From a virus (Duplodnaviria; Heunggongvirae; Uroviricota; Caudoviricetes), in the IMG/VR virus record IMGVR_UViG_2675903504_000002, positions 1-9,930 of that record: 9,930 bases of DNA. One strand, 5' to 3'. The notes below the pieces were generated by a model. The model was not told the DNA's origin, did not search any database, and saw only the letters and a list, made by a program, of their open reading frames with translations. This document shows positions 7,159 through 9,930 of this stretch, in pieces (position 1 is the stretch's first letter; each line of letters begins with the position of its first letter). The translations under genes were made by a program, and so were the position numbers.

Positions 7159-7206
7159 GTCACGATTACTACAGGCTCACCACAAGCCAATAGGAGATGT
7201 TGCATC

Positions 7207-7428
7207 ATGACCCCTAACATTTCAATAACTCTGAATACGCCACATGTCACAATTGAGCGTTATAGCGAACTTACTGGTCTTTCAATCGACACAATTAACG
7301 ATATGCTGGCTGACGGTCGCATCCCTCGGCATCGCCTTCGGAAAGACAAGAAAAGAGAAAAGGTGATGATCAACCTTGCTGCTCTTACCGTTGATGCACT
7401 TACTGATTGCAATGTTGTATTCAACTAG
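7207..7428 (+). CDS. apl: Apl/Cox-type HTH excisionase / transcriptional regulator, 73 aa
   Basis: SD AGGAG at 7192-7196, 10 nt before ATG 7207. The track's 7090 start runs through the promoter and across the cI start, so it is implausible. HTH-like [24 protein letters not shown]. First gene of the rightward operon, divergent from cI. Confidence 0.6.
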   Translation: MTPNISITLNTPHVTIERYSELTGLSIDTINDMLADGRIPRHRLRKDKKREKVMINLAALTVDALTDCNVVFN

Positions 7429-7460
7429 TTCCATTTTGGGATACATCAGGGGTGTCGACC

Positions 7461-7970
7461 ATGTTTGATTACCAAGTTTCCAAACATCCACATTTTGATG
7501 AAGCCTGTCGTGCATTCGCACTGCGCCACAACCTGGTGCAACTGGCAGAACGTGCAGGCATGAATGTGCAGATTCTGCGGAACAAGCTGAACCCAGCTCA
7601 ACCTCATTTATTAACCGCACCAGATATCTGGCTACTTACCGATCTGACTGAAGATTCAACGCTGGTAGACGGTTTTCTGGCACAGATTCATTGTCTGCCA
7701 TGTGTACCGATTAATGAGGTGGCAAAAGAGAAACTGCCACATTACGTCATGAGTGCAACCGCAGAGATCGGGCGTGTTGCTGCAGGTGCGGTATCTGGCG
7801 ATGTAAAAACCAGTGCAGGTCGTCGTAATGCTATCAGCAGCATTAACTCTGTAACACGACTGATGGCGTTGGCTGCTGTTTCATTGCAGGCCCGTTTACA
7901 GGCTAACCCTGCGATGGCGAGTGCAGTTGATACCGTGGCTGGCCTCGGTGCTTCATTCGGTTTGCTGTGA
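7461..7970 (+). CDS. cII: Phage 186-type CII lysogeny-establishment activator, 169 aa
   Basis: Starts at internal ATG 7461 ([19 protein letters not shown]...); the upstream extension from 7407 overlaps apl. HTH-like [18 protein letters not shown]. Length and position after apl match 186 CII. Confidence 0.8.
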   Translation: MFDYQVSKHPHFDEACRAFALRHNLVQLAERAGMNVQILRNKLNPAQPHLLTAPDIWLLTDLTEDSTLVDGFLAQIHCLPCVPINEVAKEKLPHYVMSATAEIGRVAAGAVSGDVKTSAGRRNAISSINSVTRLMALAAVSLQARLQANPAMASAVDTVAGLGASFGLL

Positions 7971-7977
7971 GGTACTT

Positions 7978-8274
7978 ATGCTGACGAAAGAACCATCATT
8001 TGCATCGCTGCTGGTAAAGCAAAGCCCGGCAATGCACTACGGTCACGGCTGGATCATGGGTGAGGATGGAAAACGCTGGCATCCATGTCATTCACAAGAT
8101 GAATTGCTGTCTGAATTGACCACGAGGAAACGGAGAAAGTCAAAATGTATGCAGCGGAAAGTGAAGTGGTTTATCAGTTTCGTTACAGAGGGGAGAGTTA
8201 TTCAGTACCTGAAGATGATTTGCTCTGTTGTTATCCGTCGTTGTCGGGCGATGGCAGTTACTTTTTCACGCTAA
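7978..8274 (+). CDS. Hypothetical early protein (98 aa as drawn; 3' portion doubtful)
   Basis: ATG 7978 is 5 nt after a GAGG overlapping the cII stop. The last ~40 codons overlap the next ORF and read like out-of-frame sequence (C/R/W-rich). Confidence 0.45.
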   Translation: MLTKEPSFASLLVKQSPAMHYGHGWIMGEDGKRWHPCHSQDELLSELTTRKRRKSKCMQRKVKWFISFVTEGRVIQYLKMICSVVIRRCRAMAVTFSR

Positions 8275-8369
8275 AAGATGGGACGTTTTTACGGGGAGAG
8301 CAGGTTAAAGAGACGATACGAAAAAATGTATCTCCTCTTGAACGTTACCGTAATAACAAACAACGATAG
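8145..8369 (+). CDS. Hypothetical early protein, 74 aa
   Basis: SD GGAG at 8132-8135, 9 nt before ATG 8145. Ordinary amino-acid composition. Overlaps the 3' end of the previous ORF in a different frame. Confidence 0.5.
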   Translation: MYAAESEVVYQFRYRGESYSVPEDDLLCCYPSLSGDGSYFFTLKDGTFLRGEQVKETIRKNVSPLERYRNNKQR

Positions 8370-8391
8370 TTGCGTTTTGGGGATATGAATT

Positions 8392-8733
8392 ATGGCAATT
8401 AATGGCGCTGCGGCGACTGTTCCATTAAGCCCCGGTGAACGCCTGAATGGACTTAATCACATTGCGGAGCTAAGGGCGAAAGTTTTTGGCCTGAATATTG
8501 AGTCAGAGCTTGAGCGGTTTATTAAAGATATGCGTGATCCACGGGATATCAATAACGAACAAAATAAACGGGCACTGGCTGCTATATTCTTTATGGCAAA
8601 AATTCCAGCTGAACGTCATAGCATCAGCATTAATGAGCTGACCACTGACGAAAAGCGGGAGTTGATTAAAGCAATGAATCATTTTCGTGCAGTGGTGAGC
8701 TTATTTCCCAGACGGCTAACCATGCCGAATTAA
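8392..8733 (+). CDS. Hypothetical phage early protein, 113 aa
   Basis: ORF with G-rich SD-like GGGGA at 8379-8383. Co-directional with the early operon; no motif recognised. Confidence 0.6.
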   Translation: MAINGAAATVPLSPGERLNGLNHIAELRAKVFGLNIESELERFIKDMRDPRDINNEQNKRALAAIFFMAKIPAERHSISINELTTDEKRELIKAMNHFRAVVSLFPRRLTMPN

Positions 8734-8800
8734 CCAACTAATGAAATTAATGGCGTAAACCCGCCGGGTATCCCTTTATCTAAATTCAGGAGAATTGATT

Positions 8801-9034
8801 ATGCGTAATATTGAAACCCTCACGACTAAAACCGGACCGGATGATGCAGGGCTTAATATTTTACTGACAGAGGCTCGTCTGGAAGAACGCCGGGCAAGGG
8901 CTGAAGCAATGGCAGCTCGCCTTGATAGCCTGGCGTGTCATATCACATCCCGCCAGCTAAACCATGTCGAAGCAGCAGAACTGCTGCGTGTGACCGCTGA
9001 AGCAATCCAGAACGAAGCGCAGGAGATCCACTGA
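8801..9034 (+). CDS. Hypothetical phage protein, 77 aa
   Basis: SD AGGAG at 8788-8792, 8 nt before ATG 8801 (preferred over the TTG at 8795). Stop overlaps the start of the next gene (TGATG at 9032-9036). Confidence 0.6.
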   Translation: MRNIETLTTKTGPDDAGLNILLTEARLEERRARAEAMAARLDSLACHITSRQLNHVEAAELLRVTAEAIQNEAQEIH

Positions 9035-9261
9035 TGGCTGATGCAATGGATCTCGTACAGCAGCGAGTTGAAGAAGAACGCCAGCGTCATATCCGTGCTG
9101 CCCGTGCCAAAACGCCGGGCGTGTCCCGCGTGCTTTGCGTTGAGTGTGAAGCGCCAATTCCGCCAGCACGCCGCCGTGCCATTCCGGGTGTGCAACTTTG
9201 CATTACCTGTCAGGAAATCGCAGAGCTGAAAGGCAAACATTACAACGGAGGTGCTGTATGA
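9034..9261 (+). CDS. TraR/DksA-family C4 zinc-finger protein (likely RNA polymerase secondary-channel regulator), 75 aa
   Basis: CVECEAPIPPARRRAIPGVQLCITCQ gives two CxxC pairs with TraR-like spacing and conserved PGV. SD AGGAG at 9021-9025. Stop overlaps the dam start. Confidence 0.85.
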   Translation: MADAMDLVQQRVEEERQRHIRAARAKTPGVSRVLCVECEAPIPPARRRAIPGVQLCITCQEIAELKGKHYNGGAV

Positions 9262-9930
9262 GCACCATCCTGAAATGGGCGGGAAATAAAACCGCCATTA
9301 TGTCCGAACTGAAAAAACATCTTCCTGCTGGTCCGCGACTGGTTGAACCTTTCGCGGGTTCCTGTGCAGTGATGATGGAGACGGATTACCCCAGCTATCT
9401 TGTTGCGGATATTAATCCTGATTTAATCAACCTCTATAAAAAGGTTGCTGCTGATTGTGAGGCGTTTATATCTCGTGCCAGAGCTTTATTTGAGGAAGCA
9501 AACAGAGAGGTGGCTTATTACAACATAAGGCAGGAGTTTAATTACTCCACTGAAATTACTGATTTCATGAAAGCGGTATATTTTCTGTATCTCAATCGTC
9601 ATGGTTACCGTGGGTTATGTCGTTATAACAAGAGCGAGCATTTCAACATTCCATACGGTAATTATAAAAATCCGTATTTCCCTGAAAAAGAAATTCGCGC
9701 ATTTGCAGAGAAAGCCCAGCGAGCAACGTTTATCTGCGCCAGCTTTGATGAAACGCTGGCGATGCTGCAGGTGGGGGATGTGGTGTATTGCGATCCGCCT
9801 TATGACGGTACGTTTTCCGGCTATCACACTGATGGTTTCACTGAAGATGACCAGTATCACCTGGCATCTGTTCTTGAATATCGATCATCAGAAGGTCATC
9901 CAGTCATTGTTTCTAAGGAAGGTGCGAATA
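9258..9930 (+). CDS. dam: DNA adenine (GATC-type, Dam-family) N6-methyltransferase, 3' end truncated by the window edge
   Basis: SD GGAGG at 9247-9251. N-terminal LKWAGNK and catalytic DPPY (9792..9803). Close resemblance to E. coli Dam along the whole visible length ([31 protein letters not shown]). No stop before 9930. Confidence 0.9.
   Translation, partial: MSTILKWAGNKTAIMSELKKHLPAGPRLVEPFAGSCAVMMETDYPSYLVADINPDLINLYKKVAADCEAFISRARALFEEANREVAYYNIRQEFNYSTEITDFMKAVYFLYLNRHGYRGLCRYNKSEHFNIPYGNYKNPYFPEKEIRAFAEKAQRATFICASFDETLAMLQVGDVVYCDPPYDGTFSGYHTDGFTEDDQYHLASVLEYRSSEGHPVIVSKEGAN

Noticed and set aside
7090-7206. N-terminal extension of the Apl-like ORF to 7090
   Set aside because: Would run through the promoter and across the cI start codon; the ATG at 7207 has a proper AGGAG and yields a typical small HTH protein.
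7407-7460. N-terminal extension of the cII-like ORF
   Set aside because: Overlaps the apl 3' end; the internal ATG at 7461 gives the length expected for a 186-type CII.
7282-7620. Minus-strand 112-aa ORF
   Set aside because: Antisense across the apl/cII junction; no RBS or motif; the sense genes are better supported.
8938-9240. Minus-strand ORFs of 100 and 70 aa (8938..9240, 8957..9169) and plus-strand 62-aa ORF 9041..9229
   Set aside because: All overlap the better-supported 77-aa and TraR-like genes in other frames or on the other strand; R/A/C-rich as expected from out-of-frame GC-rich sequence.
9615-9860. Minus-strand 81-aa ORF
   Set aside because: Antisense within the Dam methyltransferase gene, which has unambiguous family motifs.
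1-9930. CRISPR array or IS element
   Set aside because: No regularly spaced repeats of 25-40 bp, no terminal inverted repeats, no transposase-like ORF; the only tandem repeats are the two 13-bp copies at 3334-3365.

Overview
This window looks like the immunity/integration end of a P2/186-family temperate prophage carrying two AT-rich accessory insertions. The phage backbone is: tyrosine integrase (3386..4441, -), 186-type CI repressor (6521..7111, -), then divergently Apl/Cox-like (7207..7428), CII-like (7461..7970), four small early ORFs, a TraR/DksA-family zinc-finger protein (9034..9261) and a Dam-type methyltransferase (9258..>9930) running off the window. Insertion 1 is a 662-aa OLD-family ATPase-TOPRIM gene (4512..6500, -) wedged between cI and int, with its own RBS and a terminator hairpin abutting the int start codon. 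Insertion 2 (289..3258) lies beyond the 3' end of int: a small ORF translationally coupled to a 550-aa coiled-coil SMC/Rad50-like ATPase with a degenerate Walker B, and a convergent 183-aa HNH nuclease. I cannot assign insertion 2 to a named system from sequence alone; it is my best candidate for an undescribed defence module. All family calls rest on motifs read by eye and recalled similarity, since no searches could be run. No tRNA, rRNA, CRISPR array or IS element was recognised.
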